Under the pieces are notes generated by a model. It was not told the DNA's origin. It searched no databases and saw nothing but the letters and a program-made list of their open reading frames with translations. A DNA stretch of 64,000 nucleotides from Podarcis muralis. Lineage: Eukaryota. Every line of letters begins with the position of its first letter. Within the stretch, counting starts at the first letter, position 1. Where the stretch lies: NCBI RefSeq assembly GCF_964188315.1, contig NC_135667.1:10416001-10480000 (forward strand), read 5' to 3'. A program made the position numbers and the translations under genes. Shown piece after piece: positions 48,633 to 60,645 of the stretch.

Positions 48633-49577
48633 ATGGAGTGTGGAAATGTAACATCAGTGCTTGAACATTTTGAACTTATGGGGTTTGCATATCCCAAAGA
48701 GCTAAAGATCCTGTTGCTCACCTTCTTCTTCCTCATGTATATATTGTCTCTTTTTGGAAACGGCTTGATCCTCTTGGTGGTTGCACTGGAACCTAGTTTG
48801 CACAAGCCTATGTACTGGTTCCTCTGCCATCTGTCCATCATAGATATGATGATCTGCTCAGTGGTGGTACCCAAGATGATTTCCTGGATGCTCAAGGGCA
48901 ATGGGGACATTTCCTTTACAGAATGTGCAACCCAGCTCTTCTTCTTCCACACCCTGGGCTGTTCAGAGTGCTTGCTGTACACTGTGATGGCCTTTGATCG
49001 CTTCCTGGCCATCTGCAAGCCACTCCACTACAGCACCATCATGAACCATCGTCTGGGCACCTGTCTTTCTGTTGGTGCCTGGTTTGGAGGCTGCCTGCAC
49101 TCTGTGGTAGAGACCTACCTCACCTTCCGTTTGCCATATGGACGAGGAAGTCAGGTGAACTACATCTTCTGTGACATCCCAGCTGTTCTGAAGCTGGCCT
49201 GTACTGACACATCCATCAATGAGATGGTGATTTCGGTTGACGTTGAAGTAGTGGCTGTTACCTGCTCCCTCCTGATCCTGACCTCCTATGTGTATATTAT
49301 TTCTGCCATCCTGAGGATTCCCACTGCCACAGGGAGACAACGTGCCTTCTCCACCTGTACAGCCCATATCACCTTGGTGGTTATCTATTATGTCCCTGTG
49401 GTTTACAACTACCTGCGTCCACCATCTCAGGACTCCCTTGATGGTATTGTTGCTGTGTTCTACACAGCATTGACCCCTCTCTTAAACCCTCTCATATACA
49501 CTCTGAGGAACAATGAGATGAAAGTTGGCGTAAAGAAATTGTGCAGTAGAAAACACAGTGCTCACTTAACTAACTGA
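48633..49577 (+). CDS. Olfactory receptor, class II (OR10-family-like), OR3, 314 aa
   Basis: Intact 7TM with OR signature motifs. Confidence 0.96.
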   Translation: MECGNVTSVLEHFELMGFAYPKELKILLLTFFFLMYILSLFGNGLILLVVALEPSLHKPMYWFLCHLSIIDMMICSVVVPKMISWMLKGNGDISFTECATQLFFFHTLGCSECLLYTVMAFDRFLAICKPLHYSTIMNHRLGTCLSVGAWFGGCLHSVVETYLTFRLPYGRGSQVNYIFCDIPAVLKLACTDTSINEMVISVDVEVVAVTCSLLILTSYVYIISAILRIPTATGRQRAFSTCTAHITLVVIYYVPVVYNYLRPPSQDSLDGIVAVFYTALTPLLNPLIYTLRNNEMKVGVKKLCSRKHSAHLTN

Positions 49578-50320
49578 GTTCTTGTTATTGCAATTAGTTT
49601 TATTGAAAATCAGAGAAAATAAACGAGCTTTTCTAAAACCTACTCTTGTGTTCCAACGGTTAAGAACATCTCCACTGTTTGCAAGCAGCTCTTGAGCATG
49701 GGATACTCACCTGAGCTCTACTGTCTTTTTTTCTGTCATTTGCAACCTGGTGCCTGCAAGATGAAGAGTAATGATCTGTAACCACAAATTCTCATTTGTT
49801 TGCACCACTCATCTGTTTCCATGCATGCATTTAAAGCTCAATTTATACAGTCCTTCTCCAGGCGACTGCTGCTTATCCATGGCTGCCTTCCAGACTGCAA
49901 CATAAATGTCTGAGGCTGCAGATCTAAACTCATTTACTACAGAGTACAGATGGGGAAGAATTTCTATTCACTTTGCATTTGAAGGCAAACTGAAGTTGTG
50001 CTTTCCTATAGAATAAACAGCAGTGTTAGGGGAGTGGTAGTACCTCTGGTGGGGGACATGTCATGCTCCTTCAAGGTAGTTTCTCCACTTTTGGCCCCCG
50101 CTCTGCACTCAGCTTTCACCTGTGGTTCCTAGAAGCTGTCAGAGTCCACACCCCAGGAAACGGCTTCAACTGGTTGGCTAAACCAGGTGAGGGGAGCCAA
50201 TGGGTCTCAAACCCTCATTGAGTTGTGATTCTTGTTAAGAACTCTCTGGGGAAACAATTATTTGCAAACAATGTTGTTTGTGGAAAGGCTGAGTTTTGGG
50301 CAGGGGTTTGGCAGGCCTCA

Positions 50321-50492
50321 GCAGCCAGAAACCAGGAGCTATGAGACGGGCTATTGGCCACAACTGAAAACCCAGCAGGACTGAAGGAGAGACACATCAG
50401 AGCTGAAGAAGAACAGGTTCAAGATGATCCAATGAGCAGCCAGTCCAGAAAGTTATTTGCTGCCCCCTGCAGCTCATTGGTTGAATACATGG
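50321..50492 (-). repeat. Unclassified old dispersed repeat, copy 2
   Basis: Homologous to 38625-38870. Confidence 0.6.
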
Positions 50493-50506
50493 AGTAGACA
50501 TATATA

Positions 50507-50812
50507 CAGTGGTGCCCCGCAAGACGAATGCCTTGCAAGACGAAAAACTCGCTAGACGAAAGGGTTTTTCCGTTTTTTGAGTCGTTCCGCAAGACGAATT
50601 TCCCTATGGGCTTGCTTCGCAAGACGAAATGTCTTGCGAGTTCTTGCGAGTTTGTTTCCTTTTTCTTAAAGCCGCTAAGCCGTTAATAGCCACTAAGCCG
50701 CTAATAGCCGCTAAGCCGCTAAGCCGCTAATAGCCGTGCTTCGCAAGACGAAAAAACCGCAAGACAAAGAGACTCGCGGAACGGATTAATTTCGTCTTGC
50801 GAGGCACCACTG
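50507..50812. mobile_element. Tc1/mariner-superfamily MITE, same family as 44769-45121
   Basis: TA|cagtggtgccccgcaagacgaa ... ttcgtcttgcgaggcaccactg|TA. Confidence 0.88.
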
Positions 50813-52079
50813 TATCTTGTTGATTTCAACAGGAACTGAGTGCCACTCATTTAATCTAAGCAGGACTGAGTGGAATTGTGTCTGCTAGAATTTATTTCTG
50901 CAACACTTTTCAGCCAATCCCCACACCTACCCCCACCTTCATATAATCCATAGTTCTCCGGAAAGGTGGGCTGAAGGAGTTGTTGTTGTTGTTAGTCTAA
51001 CCTGTCACGCAAGAAAAATAAGCCTTGCTGGATCAGAACAAAGACTTAGCTAAGTTCAGCATCCTATTCTTACAGTAGCCAATCAGATGCCTGAAACTCC
51101 AGGGAGCAGCTGCCAGTCAGTGTTGACAATACTTAGCCAGATAGGCCAATGGTCTGACACAGTATATGGCAGCTCTCTGTATTCCTGCAGATCATGGTCT
51201 CAGCATGTGCTGACATAGATTTTGGCTCAAACATTTATGACGAGATGTTCAGGCTGAAATAATTCTCAATCACTTAGACATATGTTAGATGTTCTTTCTC
51301 TAATCACTAAGTGAAATAAACGGGCAGGTGATCCTGCCACCATGGAGAACTGGCAGGAGAGCTAGGGCTTTTATTTTATTTTTACCAGTGAGGCACCACT
51401 GACTCACAGCAATTGGACAGTTCCACCTACTTTCCATGATGGCATAGCATTGCGGCATGGCCCTGCCCCACCTCTGTGGCCTTTGCTGCAGCCACATTTT
51501 TCCAGCTGATGAGAGATGCAGCAGCCTCTCACAGCAGTTGGATAATTTGAATTCAGGCCACCTGTGGATTGGCCAATGGCAGGTGGGCTTAGGGGCGGGC
51601 ACACCCAGGGGTGGAGCTGACTGAGTCTTCATGAGGACTTCCCTCAGGTCTGCTCCTTGGGGATAAAAGGAGTGTTCATCCCTCAATCAGCACCATTGTA
51701 CCATTGGACTGGGAACTGAAGCTAATGGTGGAGGGAGTCAGGTCAAATGGTGGGCGGAGCCTGGGAGGGCAGGACCCTGATAGACTCCAGCTACAAAAGT
51801 GGAGGCTGCTGAAGAGGCTGGAGACCATTTTGACTGCATACCCAGGACATCAATCTCAGTTTCTTATTCAAGTATGAGTTCCATGTTCCCGCATCAGTTT
51901 CCAATTATTATTTTTAAATAAATAGAAACACCAGAAAATTCACCAGCATCTTAATGTGGATTTATTGTAACGTAGTGCATTCAGTTTTCCTCAATTTACA
52001 CCTCTCTACAAAGCATATAACCCCTAATATGATGCATTTTGCATGTTATTTTCACCAATCTGTGCATTATGTGAAAACC

Positions 52080-53990
52080 AAGGTAAAGAAATGTGTCTTT
52101 AGCATTTGCTACCAGCTGCATAGTGAAGAAGCCAGGTGCACCTCTGTTGGGATGGAATCCCACAACTTAGGGGCTGTCACAAAGAATGCCCTGTCCTGGG
52201 CCACCACCACCAAAACTTCTCAGGGAGGTGGAACTTCCAGGGGGGCCCTGTGGCGTTTGCCCTCCTAGGTGTGTGACATCATACTGGGTTCATAAGGAAA
52301 GGGTTAACTAAGTGTAAAATGACTAACCAATAGGAACCCAAGGGGAGGAGTTAGAGTTAGAGTTAGAGTTAGAGTTAGAGTTAGAGTTAGAGTTAGAGTT
52401 AGAGTTAGAGTTAGAGTTAGAGTTAGAGTTGTTGAGAAGTCAGTCTGGAGTTAGAGAAGAGAAGAGAAGAGAGGATAAGTCTGTGGGTTGGGCTAGTCTG
52501 ATGTGAGAGAGTGAGAGAATCTGTTAAGAGGAGTCAGTCAAACAGTTGATATAATCAGTCAGAAGGTATTAGGAAGGTATAGGCTGGTAAAGAAACTAAA
52601 GTTAAGAAACTGACAAGAATTTTATCTGAGAAACCATAAACTTGTTAACGCTTATAAAATAAACTTGTTTATTTGGTTCAGTTTTAATAACTGTCTGGAC
52701 TCAGTGTGTACCCAAGAGTAACGGGTTGGTGGCAGCGGGGAAGCGAGCACAGTGGTGGCACAGGGATCAATAGACCGTCAAATGTCCGGGGACCCTGTGT
52801 GATTGCCACAGGCCCCCTCTGTTGATCTTCACATACGGTAGGGTATGTGGAGATAAAGTCAGCATGTCCCATATTTAGAGCCTAAGTCATTTAGGTTGTT
52901 TAACACTAACACAGGCATCCATAAACATACTGACAGCCAATGAAGCTGTTTTAGAACAGGGGATGTATGAGTTCTAAAGGTAACCCCAGCCAATGGCAGC
53001 TGCATTTTGGACCAATTCTGAGTCATCTTCAAGGGCAGGTCCAGATAATAATCCAACCTGGAAGTTACCAGAGTATGGAATACTATAGCTAAATCATCTC
53101 TGTCCAAATTGGGCTGTAGCTGGTGAAACAGCCATAGCTGGAAAGAGGCATGCTTTGTCACCAAGACTACCTGAGGTCCAAATGTCAATGTTGGATCTAG
53201 GAACATTCCCAAGCTAAGAATCGGCTCCTTTCAGAGTACCCAGAAGAGGCTTCAATTTGTTGACCCAAATACAGCCCATCACTGCCTCCAAACACCTGTC
53301 TAGCAAGTCAGCTTTCTCTCCAAATTCAGATAGAGCTGAGTATCACCCACATATTGATGGCACTTCACTCCAAAACTCCTGATCACAACTCCCAGCAGCT
53401 GCATGTAGATGTTCAATAGCATAGGGGACAAAATGGAACATCTGAGGGTGTTGAAAAATGACCTTTCATAACTACTTTCTGGAAACAGTCCTGGAGGTAG
53501 GAGCAGATCAAATGAATTCAAATGCCCCCAACATTCATCTCTCAGAGCTGTTCCAGAAAGATACAATTGTCAATGGCATCAAAACAACTGTGAAAGATCA
53601 AGAAGAATGAGCAGGGTCACACTCCCTGCAACTCTCTCCTAGCAAATGTCATCAACCAGGATGACCAGAGTGGTTTCAGTGCCATAACTGGGCCTTAAAC
53701 TAGGCTGAAATGTATTCAGAAATTCAGTCTCCTCCAACCATGCTTGAAGGTGGACTGCTACAACCCTCTAAAGCGCCATACCCAAACAGGGAAAATGAGC
53801 CACTGGGCAATAGCTGTTTAGCACTTCCGGGTCCAGGGAAGTCTTCTTAAGGAGGGGGTGGACAACAGCCTCTTTCAAGACAGGTGGGTAGTCCTGCCTC
53901 CTCCAGTGAAGCATTGATCACTCCCTAGGCCCACATGGTGAAGTCAATCAGACTTGACTTGATCAGGGTTGGAGACTCCCATTGTTCTAG
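52080..53990 (-). mobile_element. Old degenerate L2 LINE interrupted by a solo LTR; boundaries approximate
   Basis: Minus-strand remnants LVTSRLDY, HQYVGDTQLY, AFFVTAPKLWDSIP. Confidence 0.75.
52249..52810 (+). mobile_element. Solo LTR with internal (GAGTTA)n
   Basis: TGTGGC...GCCACA termini, 5-bp TSD ggccc (52244-52248, 52811-52815), AATAAA near 52658. Confidence 0.85.
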
Positions 53991-54407
53991 GCACATTTTG
54001 CGACGGGGAATTTCATTAGTACAAGCAGTTTCTTAGCTCTGGGCGCTGTACAGCACCTAAGATTTCAGATTAAAACTGCAGAGTGGAAGGAAAGGAGGAC
54101 CTTTTTCCTCCTCCCCACTTCCAGCCACTCTCTGAAGACTGGAGAAGGGACCCTCTTAAGAATATTAGGGGGTGGGCAGGGGAAGGACTAGACTATGTGA
54201 AAAATTAACATAATATTTTAGCTGAAGTTCATTCATTTTCAACTTTGTATCCTTGTTATAAAAAAGCGAGCCTAGACATGAAGTTGTTCCACCCATAACT
54301 TAGGTTTAAGGTGCCATTTAGCTCCTAGCTTTCATATCTCAGTTTCTAACACTGGACTTGATGTGTCAAAAGGAACATAAAACAGAATTGCACACATGGG
54401 GGGTTCT

Positions 54408-55334
54408 TTACATGGCAATCCCACCCCACCTTTTCACCACAGCAGTCTTCATTTCCTTATTTCTAAGTGTATATATGAGCGGGTTCAAAAATGGGGTTAT
54501 TGTGGTGTAGAACACACAAACCACAGGATCCATGGAGTCCTGAGAAGCTGGCCTCAGGTAGTGATAAACCACAGGTAGGTAATATATTCCCACCACAGTA
54601 AGATGGGCTGTGCAGGTTGAGAAGGCCCGTCGACGCCCTTCCCTGCTGCTGATCCTCAAAATTGCTGAGATAATGTAGACATAGGAGGTCAATATAAGGA
54701 GGAAGCAAGTCATTGCCACACTGCCAATATCTATCAACACCATCATCTGATTGAACTCTGTATCAGCACAAGCCAGCTTCAACATTGCAGGGATGTCACA
54801 TAAGATATAGTCAACATCATTTCTTTGCCCATATGGCAAACGGAAGGTGAGGGTTGTCTGTATAATTGAGTTCAAACAGCCTCCAATCACTGTCCCCACA
54901 GAGAGGCCAAGGCAGGCTTTCCAATTCATGATGTTGCTGTAATGGAGAGGCTTACAAATGGCCAAGAAGCGATCATAAGCCATCAAGGTGTAAAGGAGAC
55001 TTTCTGCACATCCGAGGAAGTTGAAGAAAAACAACTGAGAGATGCAACTTGTGAAGGAGATGACCTTTCCACCAGGGATGAATCCTGCAATCACTTTGGG
55101 GACGATGACAGAAGAGAAAGCCATGTCCAGGATGGACAGATGGCAGAGGAACCAGTACATGGGCTTGTGCAACTGGAGGTCAGAAGCCACCACCCAGAGA
55201 ATGAGGGAATTTCCAGACAGGGTCAGCAGGAACATGAGCAAGAAGAAGAGAAACAATGGGACCTTCATTTCTGGTGGGTATTGGAAACCTGAGAGGACGA
55301 ACTCTGTTGGTGCTGTTTCATTTGCACACTCCAT
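54408..55334 (-). CDS. Olfactory receptor, class II (OR10-family-like), OR4, 308 aa
   Basis: Starts MECANET at ATG 55334 (N-glycosylation sequon NET); LHKPMYWFLCHLS, MAYDRFLAIC, RAFSTC, PFLNPLIYTLRN. Confidence 0.95.
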   Translation of the reverse strand: MECANETAPTEFVLSGFQYPPEMKVPLFLFFLLMFLLTLSGNSLILWVVASDLQLHKPMYWFLCHLSILDMAFSSVIVPKVIAGFIPGGKVISFTSCISQLFFFNFLGCAESLLYTLMAYDRFLAICKPLHYSNIMNWKACLGLSVGTVIGGCLNSIIQTTLTFRLPYGQRNDVDYILCDIPAMLKLACADTEFNQMMVLIDIGSVAMTCFLLILTSYVYIISAILRISSREGRRRAFSTCTAHLTVVGIYYLPVVYHYLRPASQDSMDPVVCVFYTTITPFLNPLIYTLRNKEMKTAVVKRWGGIAM

Positions 55335-57299
55335 TGGTAAGATATTAATATCAGTTAGATAAGTTTGATTAACATTTTGGAAGTGAATGAGAAGGTGAGA
55401 TATCACTACTGATGACAACGTTTTCCAAAAGTAGGTGACACCTATACAGTTGTAGGGAAGGACATGATCTATAGAAGCAGTTGTTGGCCTCCTCCCAGCA
55501 CAATGGAAACAAGTCCATTAAGGTGAATGGAGAACCACCAAACCCACCTCAGTCTGCTCTCAGCCAACGCCCACCTGCCTGTCTTCCTAGTCACAACTGA
55601 TCCAAAGGCCTGCCTGCTTCCTCTTCCTTTGTCTCTGTCTTGCCCAGAGGAGTTCTAGGAAAAACTTGCATTCGTTCGCTCTGTCATCGGCTCTGGCACC
55701 ACCCACTGTCTGTCTTCTTGCCTTTTCCCCTACCATTTCCAATAGGCACCACTGTCCCAGCAACAACTTAGACCTTTGTTAATATCTTAAGGAACCCAGG
55801 TAGCAGATAATTGCTGAACAGCACGGGATTTGTGGTGGTAACTGCACCACAAGAGACAAAGAGGTGTTGCTTTCCACTCTTATTTTCCTATGTGTTGTTT
55901 GAGAGAAGGAAGGAGAGTTTCCTTTCTAACTGTGTTAGAGAAAAGAACAGAACTAAAAGGCTCTCTACATTCAACTGTAGGAACTAGCAACAGGCACTAG
56001 GAAGAGCCCAGTTTTAAAAGGCTGGAAAAATCTTGGCTTAATAGGTCAACGTCAGGTGAACGATTGGCAATAAATCTCCTTGTCAGAATAAGCCAGACAT
56101 AAAATCCATCATGCAGTTAGGAAAGCAGTTGTCAGATTTGGTATGGAAGGATGCATTTACCCAAGGCTTGGATATAATGTGGTTCTGACATCCTTTCACC
56201 AACTTGTGTATCCATTACAAACCACTTTGTAACAAATGTGAAAAAAATAGCCTGGCTTTTCCACTTGAGTTCAGTGGGCTTCTGCATCCATAGGGCCCAC
56301 TCCTCAACAGTTATTTCCTGCCCAGAACACCTTAAGTCAGCTTACTGGAGTTCAGTGATAAGCTGGGAGGGACGGGACAATCCATACAAGTCACATATAA
56401 TCCAACATTAGCATACTAATGCTTTTGCCATGATACAGCTCTTGAAAGACTATTCTCAGTTTTTTAATCTTATTATTTATTAAATGCATCTCCTGTCCTT
56501 TGTTCCATCTTCTTCCATAAACACAGTTGGGAGGCGCTATTCAATGCAGTTTTTGGACAGCTATTGACTAAATGAACTCTTTGATGACACACTTGCTATA
56601 GAACCTGGTGATAGTTCCAACAGGAATGGTGAGAACTTCTGGCAGAAGCGAATTTGTTGCTGTCAACCTTAAATCATTTATATCATTTCAGTTTGTTTCT
56701 GTTCAGAAGACTCACCTGATGTTGTACCAAGGGCCAAGGTGGCCCCTCAGTGCAAGCTATTTCATTGGAGTTGCCCCAGATGTACCTTCACTTCAGAAAA
56801 TGAGGGAGCAGAGGAAATCCTGAAGCTATATTCCCTTCCAGAGTGGTAGCTGTGTAATCAGCTGCAGGAGAGAACATGGAGGGTGTTGGAACACCTTAAA
56901 GGCTTTCAGCTATGCTGCGGCTAGGTCAGCCCACAAATCAGATTTCCTTTCATTCATATCTGTTTCTTCTGAGATGCAGAAAGGAAAAAAAAGTTGGCAT
57001 GAGGATAGCGGCAGGGGATAATCAGCTCAATGTTTTTCACCAAGAGAGGCACCATTTCATCTCCCCCTGTACCTTTATAATACTGCAGCTTCACTGGGTT
57101 TAAGAGCAGATCCTTGTTCGTTGCCCCTGGAGAGAAAGTGCCCATCTGAGAACATGTTTATGCCCTATGGTTTCATTAGATTCCAGACAGTGTCATTTAT
57201 AATGTGGTTTATTTGGAGGGTGGAAAGAGAGACTGGTAGTTATTATAAATTCCACTGGGGAATAATTATTTGCAATCAATGGTTTTGGATGGTCATGAG

Positions 57300-57545
57300 C
57301 AAGAGTCTGGGGTGAGACAGCAGCTAGAAACCAGGACCTATATGAAACAGGTCATTGGCCTGAACTGATGAGCTGGAGAGGACAGTAGATTAAACCAGGG
57401 CTCAGCATGAAAGAACCACCAAAGAATCATGAGAGCTGAAGAAGACCTGGTTAAACAAAACCCAAAGGGAAGCCTGGGTGGGCAGTATCAGTCCAGAAAG
57501 TTCTTCACTGCCACCTGCAGTTCATTGGTTGACCACAGGTGGCAG
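57300..57545 (-). repeat. Unclassified old dispersed repeat, copy 3
   Basis: Homologous to 38625-38870. Confidence 0.7.
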
Positions 57546-57760
57546 CCACATACACACACAAACCAGGAGCCCCTGACAGTTGGTCTACGTTCAGTGCCTA
57601 TGAAATCAATAAGACACATTGGCATGACTGGTGCAGTCACACTGGGTGCTGCGCTGCAGGGGGTGACAAAAAAGCACTGTAGAACGGAGCGTGAGAAGCA
57701 AGGGGTGCCAAATTTTAGCGTCACGCAGCCCAAGGTCTGCCAGTGAAAGCTTCTTTTATG

Positions 57761-58332
57761 TGTTGTAAGAAAACTGCTCCCTTTCCCTTATGGGGTATTC
57801 CGGAGCCCATATAGAGTCCTTAAGTGGGTTCTCTATCAGTAGGAGAAAACAGCGTCCAGCCACTGTATATTAAGCAAAGCGGCTAGTAAGCCTGATCTTT
57901 ATCAAACTGTTGCAGCAGGGTCCCCACTCACCACATGCAGGAGGGAGGGGAACCTTGAACAATGGTGTGCAAGCCCTTATATAGACTTTTTAAATTGCCC
58001 ACCCTGTAGCCCAAGACCACCTCCCAAAACATCATACACACATCACAGAAGGAGGCGGTCTACAGCAGAAATCCTGTCTGCCAGGATACCTGATAATGGT
58101 CACTGGTTGCATTACCTGGCCATTCTTTTGTGGTGGTTAATCCTTTAGTTCCTGAATCCAGGTCACAGGCTCACCCTATTCATACACAAATACACCCTTA
58201 AGACAGGATCTGCAAGCAAAAAGACAATGGGAAGGCTTTCCCCATTTGCCTCCCTTACTGCAGCAGAATATTTGAGTTCATTAGGAAAGCCAAAATGGCT
58301 TCAGGATTAGCTCTCCCATACTATTTCAGACA
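57761..58332 (-). mobile_element. Probable solo LTR, boundaries approximate
   Basis: TG...CA ends, minus-strand TATA (cttatata) and polyA-like (ctttatc) motifs; TSD not clean. Confidence 0.4.
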
Positions 58333-58462
58333 CATGGTTCATATATTTAGATATGTGTGCATTTATGAATGTTTATTCTGTATTTGAGACCTTAAAATTC
58401 TTACGGCATATTTGTCCTGAATCTTTCAACATTCAGCTTCATTCGAGTCTATGAGTTCTAGT

Positions 58463-58467
<5 letters not shown>

Positions 58468-58503
<36 letters not shown>
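58468..58503. repeat. (GA)18 microsatellite
   Basis: Direct reading. Confidence 0.95.
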
Positions 58504-58506
<3 letters not shown>

Positions 58507-59395
58507 TTTTTTTTCTCTATCCACATTCTTCATGCCTCACATAATTTTGTAAACCTCCGTCATTGAAGTGGCTTTAAAACTCTAAACTTTCCCTGCACAG
58601 TACGCAAATTCTAATGTTCTTAAAATCTAATTTCAAAAGCAACATTTGAAATTATTTCCCCTCACGATTACCAAAAGAGAGAGAGAATATATAAAATGCA
58701 CACTGGAGCCCAATCATTGCATAAGGCCTAACTAGCTGTTGCAAGAAGCAGAAATGGGGGGGGGGGGAGAGAGATCAATGAGCTCATTAACATTGAAGAA
58801 CCCCTTGAGTCTACTCTAATCAATGCTTGTCTGGAATGTTAAAAATATATATATGTTTAATTGTTCACCCCCTGAAAGAGTTTGGACGGGTAGCCCAAAG
58901 GACCATCACTGCAGGGAGCTGGGTCCTGATGGACTCAAACCAATTTAAAAGATGGGACTGCTGAGATAGCAGGATAGTGAAGGCTATGGAGGAGCACTGA
59001 AATTAAGCTTCTGTGTGAAATTATAATTGGGTTCAGCATTGAGTAGTCTGGGAACGGAGTCAGCCTCGAGCCTCTTTGTGCCCAGAGAACGTAAAACGTA
59101 ATGTATGTCTCTCTTCACCAGTGTAGATAATTGGGTTCACAGAGTAAATGGCAATTTTCTTTGTCTGCCAAGCTGATGGGAACAGAGGGCAGAAGACATG
59201 GAAGAGGAATTGTCCTCTCCTACTACAGGCTAAGTTTTAATATTATGGCTGTTCTCCTAAACTGAGTTTGGTCCGAAGACTAAGTACTCTGTCACTCCCT
59301 GCCTGGAGCTCTTACACTAGAGATGGGCAGTAGTAGAGACAAAAGGGATTGAAAATGCAGTGTTCAAAGTAATTGGGGGGAGAGACAGTTGGTGT

Positions 59396-59843
59396 TTTGT
59401 CCATGGAGTTTTCTTGGCAGGGATACTGGAGTGGCTTGCCGGTTCCTGCTCCAGGTGGATCACGTCAATACTCTCCACTATGACCTGTCCATTTTGTATG
59501 GCCCTGCACGGCATAGCTCATAGCTTCTCTGAGTTATTCAAGCCCCTTCGCCACGACAAGGCAGTGATCCATGAAGGAAGGACAGATCCTAAAGCTGAGG
59601 CTCCAATACTTTGGCCACCTCATGAGAAGGGAAGACTCCCTGGAAAAGACCCTGATGCTGGGAAAGATGGAGGGCACAAGGAGAAGGGGACGACAGAAGA
59701 TGAGATGGTTGGACAGTGTTCTCGAAGCTACGAACATGAGTTTGACCAAACTGCAGGAGGCAGTGAAAGACGGGAGTGCCTGGCGTGCTCTGGTCCATGG
59801 GGTCACGAAGAGTCGGACACGACTAAACGACTAAACAACAACA
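59396..59843 (+). mobile_element. Bov-B insertion: inverted 5'-region piece (59396-59577) fused to a direct 3' piece (59578-59843)
   Basis: 11-bp TSD acagttggtgt (59385-59395, 59844-59854); 3' piece encodes ...RRGRQKMRWLD...RLND with (CAA)n tail; reverse complement of the left piece matches the Bov-B 5' region as I recall it. Confidence 0.85.
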
Positions 59844-60007
59844 ACAGTTGGTGTGGGAAGCAGGCTGGGTGGAAGCCAATAAACTGACAGTTTGGAGGAA
59901 AGAGTAGGTTTTGTTTCGTGCTCCAGGAAGAGGAAGGACAGAGCATGGTACTCGCACATCTTCTGAGGTCTCATTCAAGGACATTTGGGACTTTTTAGTT
60001 TAGAGGA

Positions 60008-60095
60008 TGTTGAATAGTGGGTAGACATGGCAGATGACACAGCGATTTCTCCAAAGCAGCTCTTTATTTTGTAAGCTGGAACAGAACTGAACAGC
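60008..60095 (-). mobile_element. Diverged fragment of the Gypsy LTR family, inverted
   Basis: Aligns with the reverse complement of the 3' part of LTR 60362-60626 (cacagcgat.tct.caa..agctctttatt...gtaagctggaa.agaactga). Confidence 0.7.
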
Positions 60096-60361
60096 AAACA
60101 CAGTACTGCACAGTATTTTCTCCCTTAGGAAAATTGTCATTTTTATTTAACAAGGAGATCTTATAGATAATATTTGCTTACAAGTTCTCAGTATGTCTCA
60201 GTTTAGGTTTTTCTTCCTTCAAAGGAGATTTTTCAATTTTTCTAACAGTTAAAATGTCTAGGGCACAATCCTGCCCAAAACAAGCAATCTAAATACAGTA
60301 GTATTGATTTTATGTGCTTAGCTTTTCTTATAAGCTTCATTTTGCCTCGTTAGAATCAAGG

Positions 60362-60626
60362 TGTTATGTAGTGTAGTTTCACCCTGGGCCAACAGGGGGA
60401 TACTGTATATAGTTTTCACTCAGGTCTGTAGATAGTTTTCACTCAGGTCCGCGGCAGTTATTTTAGGCGGGAACTCTGGGCTGTTGTGGTTACAATGTGA
60501 CAGCCGGCTGCCTATAAATACAGGCCGGCTGAGCTGTTCACAGTCAGTTCTATTCCAGCTTACCATAATAAAGAGCTACTTGAAGAGATCGCTGTGCCGG
60601 CTGCTATGTCAACCCACGACTTAACA
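60362..60626 (+). mobile_element. 5' LTR of Gypsy retrotransposon
   Basis: TGTTA...TTAACA, TATAAA, AATAAA, directly followed by a PBS. Confidence 0.92.
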
Positions 60627-60627
60627 C

Positions 60628-60645
60628 TGGCGACGAGGATGGGAT
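60628..60645 (+). promoter_or_regulatory. Primer-binding site for tRNA-Ser(GCU)
   Basis: TGGCGACGAGGATGGGAT is complementary to the 3' 18 nt (AUCCCAUCCUCGUCGCCA) of vertebrate tRNA-Ser(GCU). Confidence 0.88.

Noticed and set aside
52348-52430. Interstitial telomere or chromosome-fusion scar
   Set aside because: Unit is TTAGAG, not TTAGGG, and it lies inside a TSD-flanked solo LTR.
55335-55418. 28-aa N-terminal extension of OR4 in the ORF track
   Set aside because: Non-ATG start; the ATG at 55334 matches the MxCxNxT starts of the other ORs.
58770-58815. Possible homeodomain + O/E pair about 3.4 kb upstream of OR4
   Set aside because: Only short motif matches, with no alignment to the block shared by OR1-3; cannot be distinguished from chance.
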